Source: Candidatus Poribacteria bacterium
Lineage (GTDB): Bacteria; Poribacteria; WGA-4E; WGA-3G
Assembly: GCA_965217715.1 (NCBI GenBank)
Contig: OZ244563.1
Coordinates: 1,289,188 to 1,353,187 of the forward strand
Reading direction: 5' to 3'
DNA: 64,000 bases
The position numbers and the translations under genes are program-made. Positions 1 through 9,887 of the stretch are shown here, piece after piece. Numbering within the stretch: position 1 is the stretch's first letter; every line of letters begins with the position of its first letter. The notes beneath the pieces were generated by a model. That model was not told the origin of the DNA and made no database searches. It saw nothing but the letters and a program-made list of their open reading frames with translations.

Positions 1-2
1 TG

Positions 3-1553
3 AAAGCGATTCATTGGGATGAGACTGACCAAGGGAAGACATACCAAGAAGTAGATATCCCACCAGAATTCCACGAGGCAGCGAACGCCGCACGCGAATT
101 CCTTGTTGAGAATGTAGCGTCTGAAGATGATACACTCCTTGAAAAATATCTTGAAGGTGACGAGATTACTGCAACTGAATTAGTTACAGGCATTCGAAGT
201 ACTACTTTGAACGGAAGTATAGTGCCAATACTTTGCGGAAGTTCCCTAAAAAATCAGGGAGTTCAGCCGCTTCTTGATGCGGTGATTGATTTTTTACCCT
301 CCCCTATTGATGTGCCGCCAATTGAAGGTGAAATTCTAAAAACTTCTAAAGGAAAATCCTCTAAACGCGATTCTTCTGACACTGTAGATAAAGTAATTCG
401 TCAAGCAGACGATACGGAACCCTTTTCCGCATTAGCGTTTAAGGTTGCAAGCCATGACACTGTGGATAAACTGGTGTACTGCCGCGTTTATTCTGGCACG
501 CTCAAACGGGGTGAAGTTGTCTATAACGTGGCGACAGAAAAGCGGGAACGAGTCAATCGTATTCTGCAGATGCACGCCAATAAAGAGGCGAGTTGTGATG
601 CCGCTTATGCAGGTGATATTGTAGCACTCATCGGGATGCACAGTACAAAAACAGGACACACTTTGAGCGATGTTGACCATCCACTGTTGTTGGAATCAAT
701 TGAATTTCCACCGCCGGTTATCTCTGTCGCCATTGAACCTGAACGCGCCAGTGATACGGACGCATTAGAAGAAACGCTTGAAAAACTAATGGACGAAGAC
801 CCGACATTTACCGTTGGTATTGATAAGGAGACGGGACAACGGATTATTTCTGGTATGGGGGAACTCCATTTAGAAATACTTACTGACCGCATGATCCGAG
901 AATTTGGTGTGAACGCACGGGTGAGTAAGCTACAGGTAGCGTATCGCGAGACGATTAGCACGACTGCAGAAGCACGTGGTACACATATCCATAAAACTGA
1001 TGAAGAAGGCATTTACGGGGATGTGGTGCTTACTGTAACACCTTTGGAGCGGGGTGAAGGATTTCAGTTTACAGATAAAACCGATGAGACGCAGATTCCA
1101 CGGCAATATATTCAGGCTATTGAGAAAGCTCTTGAAGGTGCAATGGGAACAGGTGTGCTTATGGGATACGCATTGCAGGACATTAAGGTGACGCTTACCG
1201 GTGGCTCCACACATCCGACTGATTCATCGAAAATAGCTTATGAAGGGGCAGCTGTGATCGCTTTTGAAAAGGCTGTTAGGCAGGCGAATCCGCTACTCCT
1301 TGAACCGATTATGCAAGTACATATCACTGTGCCAGATGAACATCTTGGGAAGGTCATCGGTGACTTGAATTCACGCCGCGCACAAATCAACGAGACCAGT
1401 TCTCAAGACACATCTAACCTTATCAATGCCATTATCCCATTAGCAGAGACATTTCAATATACAACCCGACTTCGTTCCATGACACAAGGACGCGGTGCAT
1501 TTACGTTAGAGTTTTCGCATTACGATGTTGCGCCATCGTCTGTCAGCACATAA
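3..1553 (+). CDS. fusA: Elongation factor G (translation GTPase), 5' end outside the window
   Basis: Frame 3 is open from nt 3 (KAIHWDETDQGKTYQEV...) and runs into the listed ORF. The translation shows EF-G hallmarks (LLDAVIDFLPSP, EPFSALAFKV, RVYSGTLKRG, GMGELHLEIL, LLEPIM, MTQGRGAFTLEFSHY). It is not followed by tuf, so it may be an EF-G paralogue. Confidence 0.85.
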   Translation, partial: KAIHWDETDQGKTYQEVDIPPEFHEAANAAREFLVENVASEDDTLLEKYLEGDEITATELVTGIRSTTLNGSIVPILCGSSLKNQGVQPLLDAVIDFLPSPIDVPPIEGEILKTSKGKSSKRDSSDTVDKVIRQADDTEPFSALAFKVASHDTVDKLVYCRVYSGTLKRGEVVYNVATEKRERVNRILQMHANKEASCDAAYAGDIVALIGMHSTKTGHTLSDVDHPLLLESIEFPPPVISVAIEPERASDTDALEETLEKLMDEDPTFTVGIDKETGQRIISGMGELHLEILTDRMIREFGVNARVSKLQVAYRETISTTAEARGTHIHKTDEEGIYGDVVLTVTPLERGEGFQFTDKTDETQIPRQYIQAIEKALEGAMGTGVLMGYALQDIKVTLTGGSTHPTDSSKIAYEGAAVIAFEKAVRQANPLLLEPIMQVHITVPDEHLGKVIGDLNSRRAQINETSSQDTSNLINAIIPLAETFQYTTRLRSMTQGRGAFTLEFSHYDVAPSSVST

Positions 1554-1565
1554 AGGACAATTTAA

Positions 1566-1973
1566 TCAAGATTCGCTGAAAACCTCCATACCCGCAGCCC
1601 CATCTGCAATTTGCCGAATCTGCTTTTCAAAGCCGGGCGGTGAAAGTGTCCATGTAATCCAGAGCGGTTCATCGCCCGTGTTGACAAAGCGATGTTCAAC
1701 GTTGGGTGGAAGGTAGATCACTGTCCCGGGTTTCAACTCTGCCACCTCATCATCAACGAACGCCTTTCCTTTCCCGCCAAACACAAAAATAATCTCCTCT
1801 GCTTCACTATGTGAGTGCATTGGTATTTCGCTATTCGGGTCAATTTCCTCTAATCCCATTGCGAAGTTTTCTGTATTCCGGATGTTCGGTTCAATGAGCG
1901 TATACAGTGTGCGCGGCGCATCGCCTTCAATCCTAACGACTTCGGCATCTTCTTTGTAATAGATGTATTTCAT
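1566..1973 (-). CDS. Cupin domain protein
   Basis: 135-aa ORF with a two-motif cupin pattern (MHSHSEAEEIIFVFGGKG ... PPNVEHRFVNTG). It converges on the EF-G gene with a 12-nt gap. Confidence 0.7.
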   Translation of the reverse strand: MKYIYYKEDAEVVRIEGDAPRTLYTLIEPNIRNTENFAMGLEEIDPNSEIPMHSHSEAEEIIFVFGGKGKAFVDDEVAELKPGTVIYLPPNVEHRFVNTGDEPLWITWTLSPPGFEKQIRQIADGAAGMEVFSES

Positions 1974-2158
1974 TGTCTTTCCTTTTCAGTTGATTCAGGT
2001 TGGACGTTTGCTATGCTAATGTATTGATCAGGGCAGGAGCGGGGTGCGTCTGTTTCAAGTGGTCGGTAAGGAACAGTGAGGTGGTGTACATAGATGTTGT
2101 TTTCCTTTGAATTCCAGTGTGGGTATAGGAATTCCTTTACTGTAGTGCAAGATTGTTT

Positions 2159-2587
2159 TTAGCTTTCCTCCGAATCAAAGGGCGAATCAAACTTCATTGG
2201 TATTTCCCCCTCTTTTATTGACTGATTCAGTGCTTCAATGTCTTCCTCAGTGAGATGTGGTGGTTTTTCCATTGCCTTGATCAAGCGTTGTGCTGCCGCG
2301 TTTGCTTTTGTCGGTTCAGGTGGAAGCACATTAAGTTGAGACGCAAGGAAACTGGTACACTTATACATTTGTCCATTGTCATCGCTGAATTCTACCTCAA
2401 ACGTTTCACCTTCCGAAAGGATTTCAACGACTGTGCCGACTTCTCCACGCTTAAGATTATGTTCAGGTATGTCCTGTATGAGCTCAACGACATCCAGAAG
2501 TTTGATTTTACCTTTTTCTTCAGGTTCTTGGTTGTGTTCAGGCGAGCCATCTACGCGTGAGATGCCATCGGAAGATTTATTTTTCAT
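2159..2587 (-). CDS. DUF4926-like small protein with an extra acidic C-terminal tail
   Basis: The core LLDVVELIQDIPEHNLKRGEVGTVVEILSEGETFEVEFSDDNGQ matches my memory of the DUF4926 SH3-like pattern. Its ATG overlaps the upstream gene's stop as ATGA (2584-2587). Confidence 0.55.
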   Translation of the reverse strand: MKNKSSDGISRVDGSPEHNQEPEEKGKIKLLDVVELIQDIPEHNLKRGEVGTVVEILSEGETFEVEFSDDNGQMYKCTSFLASQLNVLPPEPTKANAAAQRLIKAMEKPPHLTEEDIEALNQSIKEGEIPMKFDSPFDSEES

Positions 2588-2933
2588 TGTACATCCTTAC
2601 GTATCAATGGAAACGCTGTTGTCAATTTTGGGACATCAGAATTCGTTTCAATAATCCATGCACTACGAATTGTTGCTTGTTTGTCCTTCCAATTCAACGT
2701 AAAATCAAGCGTATAACGTTGTCCATAGGCGTTCTTTTCAGCTAATTGTGCGTCTTGTTCCTTCACTGCTTCTAATAAAGCATTATATAACCCTTCTGCA
2801 TCATCAGAGCTCATACCGAGCAAGGAAGCAAATAGCGGGCTTTATGTTTTCCTTTATTATGCTGTGGATTAAGACAATAATCTCGTAACTTGTAAATGTC
2901 TACAATAGCGCGTTCAGCATTTGGTATTTTCAT
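2584..2933 (-). pseudogene. DUF6883-like gene split by a 1-nt frameshift near nt 2835
   Basis: The minus-strand ATG at 2933 gives MKIPNAERAIVDIYKLRDYCLNPQHNKGKHKAR, then runs out of frame to a stop at 2811. The listed ORF 2584-2823 continues in the adjacent frame as (L)FASLLGMSSDDAEGLYNALLEAV... The two frames share nt 2835 (cgc|cta), which is consistent with loss of one C. Confidence 0.6.
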
Positions 2934-3154
2934 GAAATATCTTATATTGTGCCCACCAATTGTATTCGCGCTAAAGGTTTTTAGGGAACTCCGCTAAAAA
3001 AGATAGTGACTCACAAGTTGAAGTTTAACATAAATTTGCATTGGATATCAAGCAATTTTCAGGATCGCGAGCAAGAACTCGTTCCTATAGGAAGGGTGGT
3101 TTACAAAGCACCACACCTCACAAATAATTGAAACGCATAACCCGTATTAAACAA

Positions 3155-4345
3155 TCAACGCCCATACTGTTTCATAATCTGTTTCAACCTGTCCAGTGGA
3201 ATAGCGGGCATTGTCCGACCATTACGTCCCGTCATGGTCGTTGCCATTGTCATTGAATTTATAACTGCCTCCTCAGTTGCCTCAATAGCTGCCTCAAAGA
3301 GTAAACTCAGACGTCTATTAACGACCATCTGAATCTGAAAAGTGCCATTTTCGGTGTTACTCGGAAAGACATTTGCTGTTGAAAACGCAATTACGAACTC
3401 ACCGCTGCTGTCTGTGCTTGGTGTGCCTGTGCGGGCAAGTCCGTGTGTCGCACGAATAGCCAACTGCTTCAACTGACGGTGTGTCAAAGGTGCATCCGTT
3501 GCGATAACAATAATGAATGACCCATCTCTCCCCGGTTTCAATTGATCATCTTCCAACGCTTTACCGACTGGTACACCGTCAATGCGTAATTGATGTTGTC
3601 TTCCACCATTGGAATTTACCAACACACCGACTTTCCATCCGCCTCTGTTCAACGGAAGAACTCGCGAAGCAGTGCCTATACCTGCTTTGAACCCGTAGCA
3701 TCGCATGCCTGTTCCACCCCCGACACACCCTTCTGCTACTGGACCAGATTTTGCCTTTTCGATTGCCTCAATTGCGTGCTCCGGTTTTACATGGAGTCCA
3801 CTGATGTCGTTCAACCCGCCATCATAGCATTCTGCCACAATCGGAAGCACAATGTTGTCATCAGGGTATCGCTTCACAATATATCGCACAACGCCATCGT
3901 GAACAGTACCAACACTCAGCGTATTTGTTAGTAAAATAGGAGATTCAATCCATCCCGCCTGATTAATTCTGGCAATACCGGTGGCTTCACCATTACCGTG
4001 GATGGTATGCGCCGCACCAAACAATCGCACCTTCCAAATATTATCGTGTGGAAGGATTGCGGTAACACCAGTGCGTATTGAATCACCCTCGTTTAGAGTA
4101 ACGTGTCCGACTTTGACACCGGGAACGTCAGTGATAGCATTATGTTTGCCTGTAGGAAGCGTTCCGATATGAATTCCAAGTTCGCGCGCTCGTGCTCTCG
4201 GTGTTTCTGCCTCTTGCGCACCAGTAAAACTTAAAAACTGTATCAAAAAAGCACAGAAAATCAAAAAAACAAGGATTTTAGTGCGTACGGAGAAGGAGAT
4301 AACCACCACATTAGGTTTTTTGATTAACGAAATATATGTGTTCAT
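3155..4345 (-). CDS. P1/DmpA-family aminopeptidase (peptidase S58), probably exported
   Basis: 396-aa ORF with a hydrophobic N-terminal segment (KILVFLIFCAFLIQFLSFTGAQE). DmpA-like blocks are present: ITDVPGVKVGH, TGVTAIL, GGTGM, IIVIATDAPL. The true start could be internal. Confidence 0.75.
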   Translation of the reverse strand: MNTYISLIKKPNVVVISFSVRTKILVFLIFCAFLIQFLSFTGAQEAETPRARARELGIHIGTLPTGKHNAITDVPGVKVGHVTLNEGDSIRTGVTAILPHDNIWKVRLFGAAHTIHGNGEATGIARINQAGWIESPILLTNTLSVGTVHDGVVRYIVKRYPDDNIVLPIVAECYDGGLNDISGLHVKPEHAIEAIEKAKSGPVAEGCVGGGTGMRCYGFKAGIGTASRVLPLNRGGWKVGVLVNSNGGRQHQLRIDGVPVGKALEDDQLKPGRDGSFIIVIATDAPLTHRQLKQLAIRATHGLARTGTPSTDSSGEFVIAFSTANVFPSNTENGTFQIQMVVNRRLSLLFEAAIEATEEAVINSMTMATTMTGRNGRTMPAIPLDRLKQIMKQYGR

Positions 4346-4932
4346 ATCTTGAGCTGCTCCCTATAGATTGTGCGGATATGATTGAAAATAGTGATGTAAG
4401 TAGGGGACCGATAATCTGGATACGTCCATTCCCATGGTTGGAACGTTTTACGATAAAAACGGAGTGTTATCTCTGCATAGATGCCGTCACGGAGATAGAT
4501 ACGGTGCGCGTGGTCCTTGGTTGATGCAAGCACTAGCTTTGCCATGCAGACGTAACCCACATCTAAATTGACAAGCCTCCGTCCGGTATCTTTTTCAGCA
4601 AATGCTTGCTCTACCCCATTCGTCCAGAGTTTTCTGTCTGCCAATGTCCCCGCATCAATTAGGTCTCCAAAACTAATAAACTGACGTTGAAGTACTTTCC
4701 CCATCTCGGCTTCGTAATAATTTGTGCTGGTAAACGGTAAAAGTTCACTGGTATAGTCAATGGGACCAAATTGTTCTGTCAGTTGTTCATAGACAGTTGA
4801 CAGGATCGACGGTTTTGCTGTCAGAACGCCGATAATTGCTTTGACAGGTAGCCGTTCTATAAGTGTTCCCATAATTCCGCGTGCCAGACAATTTAATGAG
4901 GTTTTGTGTAATGTAACGTTAAATTTATACAT
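4342..4932 (-). CDS. DUF4416-family protein
   Basis: 196-aa ORF whose pattern (PF..TNYYE.EMG ... NLD.GY ... LVLAS.KD..HRIYL..GI.AE.TL.F ... PW.WTYPDY) fits my memory of DUF4416. ATGA overlap with the downstream peptidase gene. Confidence 0.55.
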   Translation of the reverse strand: MYKFNVTLHKTSLNCLARGIMGTLIERLPVKAIIGVLTAKPSILSTVYEQLTEQFGPIDYTSELLPFTSTNYYEAEMGKVLQRQFISFGDLIDAGTLADRKLWTNGVEQAFAEKDTGRRLVNLDVGYVCMAKLVLASTKDHAHRIYLRDGIYAEITLRFYRKTFQPWEWTYPDYRSPTYITIFNHIRTIYREQLKI

Positions 4933-4991
4933 CTTTAAAAAAGCAAAATGTACGCCAAATTGAAAAAATATACAATTTTATGTGTTTTTTC

Positions 4992-5021
4992 TTGACATTT
5001 CTGTAAACCTTAATGTATAAT
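4992..5021 (+). promoter_or_regulatory. Near-consensus sigma70-type promoter (TTGACA-N18-TATAAT) facing the rpoB leader
   Basis: TTGACA at 4992-4997 and TATAAT at 5016-5021, with TG immediately 5' of the -10 hexamer. There is no ORF of 60 aa or more on the + strand until rpoB at 5762. Confidence 0.45.
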
Positions 5022-5338
5022 TATACGTTACGCCTTTAAGAAGTTACCAGAGTGTGTCTTAAAGTGACTTTTAGGAAGTATATAACTTCCTCAAAAAATA
5101 GGCAACTGTTTTTGAAATTAAAATGAAGAATGTTCATAATTGTTGGGTGTTGTGCTACAGCACAGATTGTCAGGCACTTTGCATGTTTCTTTTTTAAGAT
5201 GTGTGAGGTCAAGGGTTTTTTCGCGCCTATTACCTGATAGTGAGCGATAAATCGTATGTATCGCATTCACTTCACGAACTGCTGAGTAAGAGACTAAGGC
5301 AACGAAAAAGACATATCCGATTGATCGGTGATACCTTT

Positions 5339-5426
5339 CAACTATGAACCTCAACATTAACAACTATGAACCTCAACATTAACAACTATGAACCTCAACA
5401 TTAACAACTATGAACCTCAACATTAA
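5339..5426. repeat. Perfect tandem repeat, 4 x 22 bp (CAACTATGAACCTCAACATTAA)
   Basis: Read directly: four identical head-to-tail copies at 5339-5360, 5361-5382, 5383-5404 and 5405-5426, about 340 nt upstream of the rpoB start. Confidence 0.95.
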
Positions 5427-5761
5427 AATCATTGATATTCTGTCTTCTGCGAATTCGTATTCTCTTTGAAGAATACCCGAATCCAACACATTGTTAGTTG
5501 TGTGAACCGATATATTGCGAACTATTCGCAATTCAACAGAATGTTTCACTACCCCAAGCAGCATTGCACGTTTAAGCACAGAAACAACAGAAGTCGTGAA
5601 AGCAGACCCAATAACAAGTAATGAGAATTGTTTTCAAGTATCTGTTATCGGTAAGACCTCTTTCTGATAAAAGAAAATATTTCTCTGTAAACGAGTTCGG
5701 TGCAGCAGCCTAATCGGACAAACCTTTCAACCCATCCGCTACCCACGCAAGGTGAAAATTT

Positions 5762-8700
5762 ATGCCCAATACTACTCAAACTAATGGAAGTGCATCAGAG
5801 TTACGACAACGTGTCTCCTTTGCCAAAACTCCATCGGCACTTGAATTGCCCGACTTAATTGAGACCCAAAAGCGATCCTACGCCGCATTTATGCAGCGTT
5901 TTGTCCCAGAAAATGAACGCGAGTCAAAGGGACTTCAGGCACTGTTCAAGGAAGTTTTTCCGATTTATGATTTTAAAGAAACTACAAGTCTGGAATTTGT
6001 CAGTTATACGCTCAGTCCACCGACACATGATCTTTCGGATTGTCAGGCACGCGGACTGAACTATCAGATGCGGTTGCAAGCCCGTCTGATGTGCGTCGAA
6101 CGCGAAAAAGATGAAGACACAGGGCAGACGCGTGTTTTAGATATTACTGAATCTGATGTTTACCTTGGTGATATTCCGTTGATGACTGAGAATGGAACTT
6201 TTATCATCAATGGATCCGAACGTGTAATCGTAAACCAGTTACATCGGTCTCCCGGTGTAATTTTTCTTGACAAATCGCATTCAGCAAGTACACAGAAACT
6301 CCCAACAGGACAGATAATCCCCTACCGCGGGGCATGGATAGAGTTTGAATTCGATTCAAAGGATTGCATCCACGTCCGGTTAGACCGTAAGAAAAAACTA
6401 TTAGCCACCGTGTTATTACGTGCACTCGGTTGGGCAACAGATGCACAAATCCTAAAACTTTTCAGCAGCACAGAGATCGTTCCGATGACACAAGATGTTA
6501 TCGGACGTGTTATCGCTGAACCTGTGGTTGATACCGATTCGGGTGAAGTCCTGCTTGAAGCAAACACAAAGTTGTCTGAAATAGAATTTGATCGACTCAC
6601 CGAGGCTAAGGTGTCAGAGGTAGAAGTGTTGGTGGAATCAGATGAACAAGAACTCCGATATTTGCGGAATACGCTTTCGCGTGACACCGTCAAGGCTTAT
6701 GCAGGAGGGACATTGCAAGAGGGCGCACTGCTTGAGATATTTCGGACCTTAAGACCTGGTGATGCGCCGACACGCGAAGCAGCGACAGCCTGTTTGGAAC
6801 GCCTCTTCTTTGATGGCGCACGTTATGACTTAGGCACCGTTGGAAGATATAAAGTGAATTCAAAATTTAGTGACATGTCTATCTATCTTGATGAATCTGG
6901 TGAGATGCCATCAGAAGAGATAAAGGTGCTTCGGAAAGAAGATATTGCTGCTACCTTGCAACATCTGATGCGCATCCGAAACGGACATCAAGAGGTAGAT
7001 GATTTAGACCATCTCGGCAATCGACGGGTGCGTGTCATTGGGGAACTTCTTGAGAATCAATTCCGTATTGCACTCCTACAAATGCGTCGGGCAGCGCGAG
7101 AGAAATTGAGCACTACTACCGACGCTCAGCTGAAAAATCCGAAGAATTTGGTGAATCCGAAGCCACTCATGATGTCACTCCGAGAGTTTTTCGGGTCTAA
7201 CCAACTTTCCCAATTCATGCAACAGATAAATCCGTTGGATGAACTTACCCATAAACGACGGATTTCAGCGATCGGTCCTGGCGGATTACATCGTGACCGT
7301 GCCACCGCAGCGGTCCGAGATGTCCATCGCACACATTATGGACGTGTCTGTCCTTTAGAAACGCCTGAGGGGCCCTCTATTGGTCTTATCGTCTCCTTAG
7401 CAACTTTTGCGCGTGTTAATCCGTACGGATTTTTAGAAACACCCTACCGCGCCGTTCGTAAAGGCAAAATTACCAAAGATGTTGAATATTTAACAGCAGA
7501 TGCAGAGGACAAATACCACATTGCCCCTGCAGATGCAATCTCTTCTCGTAACAAAGCGAAAACCATACGCACCCGTAAAGGGGAAGAAGTGCATCCGCGC
7601 GAACTTAAAGAGATTGACTACATCGGGATCGCCCCGCAACAAATTGTTGGTGTTTCTGCTGCACTCGTACCTTTTTTAGAGCATGAAGACGCTAACCGTG
7701 CGCTTATGGGTGCTAACCACCAACGACAAGCTGTGCCGCTAATCCGTCCAGAGGCACCATGGGTTGGCACCGGTATGGAACATCGCGCAGCGCGTGATGC
7801 AAATGCCATGGTCATCGCACAACGTGGCGGTATCGTTTCCAGTATTGATGCCGAAGAGGTCCTGATCCGGACTGGTCAAGCACTTCATCTTGAAGAAGGT
7901 GAGCATGGTTTCAGTGAAATGGGGTATGATGTTTATAAACTGAAAAACTTCAAACGGAGTAACAGTGGCACCTGTATCCACCAGCGTCCACGCGTTAATA
8001 TCGGGGATGTTGTTGAAGCAGGCGATGTTATTGCTGATGGCACAGCAACTGAAGGCGGGGAACTTGCACTCGGAAGAAATGTCTTGTGTGCCTATATGCC
8101 GTGGGGCGGACACAACTTTGAGGACTCAATCCTCATCAGCGAGTCGCTTATCAAGGATGATACATTTACCTCTATCCATATTGAAGAATTCGAAGTCGCC
8201 GCGAGGCAGACAAAGATGGGAGACGAAGAGATTACCCGCGATATTCCAAACATGTCTGCCCGTAGTCTTGCACAACTTGATGACGAAGGAATCATTCGGA
8301 TAGGTAGTGTCGTGGGAACCGGCAGTATTCTTGTTGGAAAGATTTCACCGAAAGGTGAAAGTGAATACGGCCCCGAAGAGAAACTGCTACGCGCGATTTT
8401 CGGGGAAAAAGTCAAAGAGGTCAAGGACGCTTCTGCCTACACCCGCCCAGGTGTAGAAGGCGTTGTCATTGACGTAAAGGTTTTCTCTCGCCACGCTACT
8501 CCGAGTAGCGAGCAAACCGCATGGCGACAAGAGGCATTCCGCAAGCAAATTGAACAGACATGGCAGGAGCAGTGTGAACAGGTCTCTGAACGTTTAACGG
8601 AAGAACTACGTGAAACTTTGGTCAACAAAGAACTCGCGTATCCTACGACCTTCGAGAATGATGCAGAAACTGGAGATGAGGACAACGCTGAGTCACCAAA

Positions 8701-9787
8701 GCAGTTAGAAGCAGGTGCCGTGTTGACACGTGAATATCTGGATATACTGTCGCGAAACGAACTTGAAGCACTTCAGATTACAGATGTAGATGCAGTCTCA
8801 TACATCAAGAACCTTCAAGAACTCGCCACCGGTAGGATTAATGCCTATACGCAGGAAAAAGAGGATGCGTTGGAGAAACTCGCTGCAGGCGAAGAGTTGA
8901 AACCAGGGGTTTTGAAACTTGTCAAAGTCTATGTTGCCACTCGTCGTACGATCTCCATCGGCGATAAAATGGCAGGACGCTACGGGAACAAAGGCGTTGT
9001 TGCCAAGATTCTGCCCGAAGAAGATATGCCATATCTACCAGATGGCACCCCTGTTGATATTGTTTTAAATCCTCTTGGTGTGCCTTCTCGGATGAATGTT
9101 GGTCAGATCCTTGAAATACATTTAGGTTTGGCATGCAAGGAACTCAGCTTGCATGTTGCCTCACCTGTATTTGACGGTGCTACAGAGGAAGAGGTTTTCG
9201 ACATGTTGGCGAAAACAGATTTACCTGAAAAAGTTAAACAAACCGGCAAAAGTGTGCTTTACGATGGACGAACTGGGGAACCTTTCGGACAGGAAGTAAC
9301 ATTCGGTTATGTTTATTTCCTCAAGTTAAATCACCTTGTTGCAGATAAAATGCATGCACGTTCAACCGGACCGTACTCCTTGGTGACACAGCAACCATTG
9401 GGTGGAAAGGCACAACACGGAGGACAACGCCTCGGTGAAATGGAAGTTTGGGCATTAGAAGCTTACGGTGCAGCCCACACACTTCAAGAGATGCTGACTA
9501 TTAAGTCGGACGATGTAAAAGGCAGGACTAAAATCTATGAATCTATTGTGAAGGGGCAAAGTCCCTTAAAACCCGGCACCCCTGAATCTTTCAACGTGTT
9601 AGTGAGAGAATTACAAAGTCTGGGCTTAAATGTGGAGTTATCTGAAGGCGATCCTGCGGATGCCGACTCAGAACAAGTAGGTCTACATGAAGCAGGATTC
9701 CCACTCTTGCACACGTTGGATACAATGGATCCCATAGATGAGGAACCACCCTTAAAACTCACTTGGGACACCGATGATGCCGAATAG
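5762..9787 (+). CDS. rpoB: DNA-directed RNA polymerase subunit beta
   Basis: 1341 aa with canonical blocks (FMQRF, GTFIINGSERVIVNQLHRSPGV, QFMQQINPL.ELTHKRRISA.GPGGL, HYGRVCP.ETPEG, NMQRQAVPL-like HQRQAVPL, GDKMAGRYGNKGV, HLVADKMHARSTGPYSLVTQQPLGGKAQHGGQR.GEMEVWALEAYGA). SD AAGGTGA lies upstream. Acidic C-terminal tail. Confidence 0.97.
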   Translation: MPNTTQTNGSASELRQRVSFAKTPSALELPDLIETQKRSYAAFMQRFVPENERESKGLQALFKEVFPIYDFKETTSLEFVSYTLSPPTHDLSDCQARGLNYQMRLQARLMCVEREKDEDTGQTRVLDITESDVYLGDIPLMTENGTFIINGSERVIVNQLHRSPGVIFLDKSHSASTQKLPTGQIIPYRGAWIEFEFDSKDCIHVRLDRKKKLLATVLLRALGWATDAQILKLFSSTEIVPMTQDVIGRVIAEPVVDTDSGEVLLEANTKLSEIEFDRLTEAKVSEVEVLVESDEQELRYLRNTLSRDTVKAYAGGTLQEGALLEIFRTLRPGDAPTREAATACLERLFFDGARYDLGTVGRYKVNSKFSDMSIYLDESGEMPSEEIKVLRKEDIAATLQHLMRIRNGHQEVDDLDHLGNRRVRVIGELLENQFRIALLQMRRAAREKLSTTTDAQLKNPKNLVNPKPLMMSLREFFGSNQLSQFMQQINPLDELTHKRRISAIGPGGLHRDRATAAVRDVHRTHYGRVCPLETPEGPSIGLIVSLATFARVNPYGFLETPYRAVRKGKITKDVEYLTADAEDKYHIAPADAISSRNKAKTIRTRKGEEVHPRELKEIDYIGIAPQQIVGVSAALVPFLEHEDANRALMGANHQRQAVPLIRPEAPWVGTGMEHRAARDANAMVIAQRGGIVSSIDAEEVLIRTGQALHLEEGEHGFSEMGYDVYKLKNFKRSNSGTCIHQRPRVNIGDVVEAGDVIADGTATEGGELALGRNVLCAYMPWGGHNFEDSILISESLIKDDTFTSIHIEEFEVAARQTKMGDEEITRDIPNMSARSLAQLDDEGIIRIGSVVGTGSILVGKISPKGESEYGPEEKLLRAIFGEKVKEVKDASAYTRPGVEGVVIDVKVFSRHATPSSEQTAWRQEAFRKQIEQTWQEQCEQVSERLTEELRETLVNKELAYPTTFENDAETGDEDNAESPKQLEAGAVLTREYLDILSRNELEALQITDVDAVSYIKNLQELATGRINAYTQEKEDALEKLAAGEELKPGVLKLVKVYVATRRTISIGDKMAGRYGNKGVVAKILPEEDMPYLPDGTPVDIVLNPLGVPSRMNVGQILEIHLGLACKELSLHVASPVFDGATEEEVFDMLAKTDLPEKVKQTGKSVLYDGRTGEPFGQEVTFGYVYFLKLNHLVADKMHARSTGPYSLVTQQPLGGKAQHGGQRLGEMEVWALEAYGAAHTLQEMLTIKSDDVKGRTKIYESIVKGQSPLKPGTPESFNVLVRELQSLGLNVELSEGDPADADSEQVGLHEAGFPLLHTLDTMDPIDEEPPLKLTWDTDDAE

Positions 9788-9795
9788 TTTGAAAC

Positions 9796-9887
9796 ATGGC
9801 TATCGGCTATCGGCTATCGGTAAGGGGAACTGATCTACATCACATATCTCTTATACTGAAAGCCGATGGCTAATTGCCGATAGCCAT
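9796..9887. other. Imperfect inverted repeat in the rpoB-rpoC spacer, including 3 x GGCTATC
   Basis: ATGGCTATCGGCTATCGGCTATCGG (9796-9820) pairs with AAGCCGATGGCTAATTGCCGATAGCCAT (9860-9887). The outer 12 nt are perfectly complementary. It ends about 15 nt before the rpoC SD. Confidence 0.6.

Noticed and set aside
207-1553. EF-G extra segment KTSKGKSSKRDSSDTVDKVIRQADD, considered as a notable insertion
   Set aside because: It is only ~13 aa longer than the E. coli loop at the same position (as recalled). Such G'/domain II loop variation is common, so it is not reported as a finding.
5339-5426. Possible CRISPR array. The same possibility was considered for 45452-45545 and for the dispersed family-1 hairpins.
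   Set aside because: The tandem units abut with no spacers. The dispersed hairpins are irregularly spaced over tens of kb in different orientations. No cas genes are present.
5036-5579. Three minus-strand ORFs (76, 81 and 66 aa) in the rpoB upstream region
   Set aside because: No RBS or recognisable family, and one reads through the 22-bp tandem repeat. The region is better treated as non-coding leader or ncRNA.
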